From NCBI GenBank assembly GCA_001643675.2, contig LSRY02000003.1, positions 682,001 to 746,000 on the forward strand: a stretch of 64,000 bases of DNA, in the 5' to 3' direction. The notes under the pieces were generated by a model. The model did not search any database. It had not been told where the DNA came from and worked only from the letters and a program-made list of their open reading frames with translations. The stretch is from Monocercomonoides exilis PA203 (Eukaryota; Protista; Preaxostyla). The position numbers and the translations under genes were made by a program. This document shows, piece after piece, positions 62,298-64,000 of this stretch; positions within the stretch are counted from its first letter, which is position 1; each line of letters opens with the position of its first letter.

Positions 62298-63629
62298 AAT
62301 GCATTGAATGATGGGAGTCAGCCTCATTTTTAGCATCTGAGTAGAAGTGCTTCAGTTGTGATGCAGCAAGAAGAATGCAAACAGATTCCTCTATCATCAT
62401 CATCTGTTTCTTGTTCTTCTTCACTGCTTTCTGCATCGCCATCCGATTCATCCTCTTAAACAATCCAGCCTTCCTCTGCCTTTGGACTGTATTACACCAA
62501 CTTCAATTCTTCTTTTTCACCATCTTCTTCTTCTTCTTCTTCTTCTTCTTCTTCTTCTTCTTCTTCTTCATTTCCTTTATCTTCTTCCGATTCTTTAATT
62601 TCTTTTTCGTCATTTCCTTTTCCACAAGCTGTACCATCTTCAACTTCATTGTTATCTTCTTCTTTAACTCCTTCAATATCATTTTCACTCACTTGACATT
62701 GGATCAGATCATCGACCTTCTGATGTGTATTTGCTGTTCAATCTGCAGCTCCGCAAAACCGAAAGGAAAATAGCTTCATTCACTTTTCCTAAACTCGGCA
62801 GATCAATCGTCAAATGATTCTTCGTTTCATTTTTTTTTAACATTTCCGATGGTGAAAAAAGCCATCTATTCAGCATCAGTCTTTTCATATTATCTTCTTC
62901 ATTGTCTTCTTCAACGCCTTCTTCGATGAACATCAAGAATTATGTTGATTTTTTCATTTCATTCAACTCCTCTCGAATTCACCAAGAGGCATTTAAATCT
63001 GCTGAAATAGGAAACTAAAAAGTAATATTCATTCTGACATAGAATTTCAGCCAGACCTAACACGGAGATGAAATGGGTAATATTGATCCGGAATAGCCGA
63101 ACATCAGGCATGCAGCAAAAAATAGAGATTGCCTCTGACTTTTTTCATTTGGAAGATGAAAGAATTCACCGAAAACAGAAAGAACAGAACAGGATAGGAT
63201 GTTTGGGGCGAATGATTATGAGGATGATCTTCGATTGATTTCACAACGTCATTTGCCTTCAATGGAACGAGAGGATGATTAAATGAGGAGAACATAATTT
63301 ATTAGAAAACAAATGATCGAAGGATAATTCTATTAAAAACATGGGACGAATAACAGATTGACATCTGAATCAGAAAGGCGATAAAATTATAATTTGTAGA
63401 AAACCTTCGAATGAGCTTGAAGAAATTATTTTTGAAGAAAGGAAAACGGATGATTCCATTTAGCAACGAGCTTTATTTTCATTTGATGAAGAAGCCAAAT
63501 CAAATGGAAAATGACAAAGAAATAATATAACCTGTGCTGATTTTGGGCTCTTTGAAAGATATGTGATGATATGTGCTTTAGTTGAAAAGAAGATGGAAGC
63601 TCATAAATATGAAGTGAAATGGAAAATTA

Positions 63630-64000
63630 TCAGAATTTGAAGAAATAGTTTTGAAAATTGTGATAAAGTTCATCATTTGTAGTGAATTTTGTATCGACAG
63701 CGCTGAATATGAGAGTCTTTGTGGGAGTGAAAGTGGAGACGAGAAAAGAGAGAGAGGCATCGCTGAAGGGAGCAATGCATCCGAGGGCATACTCCACTGT
63801 GGCACAGGGGCTTTGCTGTGTTTTGCCACAGGCATCGACATCACTTCCACCATTTGAGACTATTTTGTTCTGGTCGATGATCGGAAGCCAGCCATTATAC
63901 ACGGTATTATCTGCTTGTCCATTATTCCAGACTCTTTTTGATTCTGTTGTTGATCCACATTGCTGGAATGGGGATTGTGTAATATCACTTCCGTAAAAGA
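63630..64000 (-). pseudogene. Ectodomain fragment of another receptor-family copy, entering from the right edge and ending abruptly
   Basis: YNGWLPIIDQNKIVSNGGSDVDACGKTQQSPCATVEYAL matches YNGWLPLIAQNKIVASNGTDADACGRPQQTPCATIEYAL in the 3034-aa protein. Homology is lost after FSAVDTK. Confidence 0.85.

Noticed and set aside
1-64000. CRISPR array, rRNA or prokaryotic operon
   Set aside because: No spaced direct repeats or rRNA motifs seen, and genes are spliced. The IS1595-like ORFs are best read as eukaryotic Merlin elements.

Overview
AT-rich, intron-containing eukaryotic (protist) genomic DNA using the standard genetic code. The short GT..AG introns, Ser/Glu low-complexity proteins and giant Cys-module/TM/pseudokinase receptor family resemble the oxymonad Monocercomonoides (inference, not checked). 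Host genes reconstructed by hand-splicing: a Ser-rich gene running off the left edge, a FAM184-like coiled coil, a divergent importin-alpha-like ARM protein, a 3034-aa receptor pseudokinase, a tandem-DH RhoGEF, UBE2W, RWDD1, SRP14, tRNA-Gly(TCC) x2, a 1716+ aa disordered protein and RPL23A. Mobile DNA is dense: three Merlin/IS1595-like elements (one intact with an 8-bp TSD), a pogo-like DD35D element with 41-bp TIRs and a TA TSD, and a foldback MITE-like repeat. Two highlights. (1) At ~55.3-60.3 kb, a Sola2-like DDD transposase is fused in frame to a ubiquitin-specific protease (USP/C19) domain with all catalytic motifs present, and in-frame splice sites could skip that domain. (2) At 37820-42487, a 1.4-kb-arm palindrome duplicates tRNA-Gly and part of SRP14; one arm carries the intact Merlin and the other preserves its empty site.
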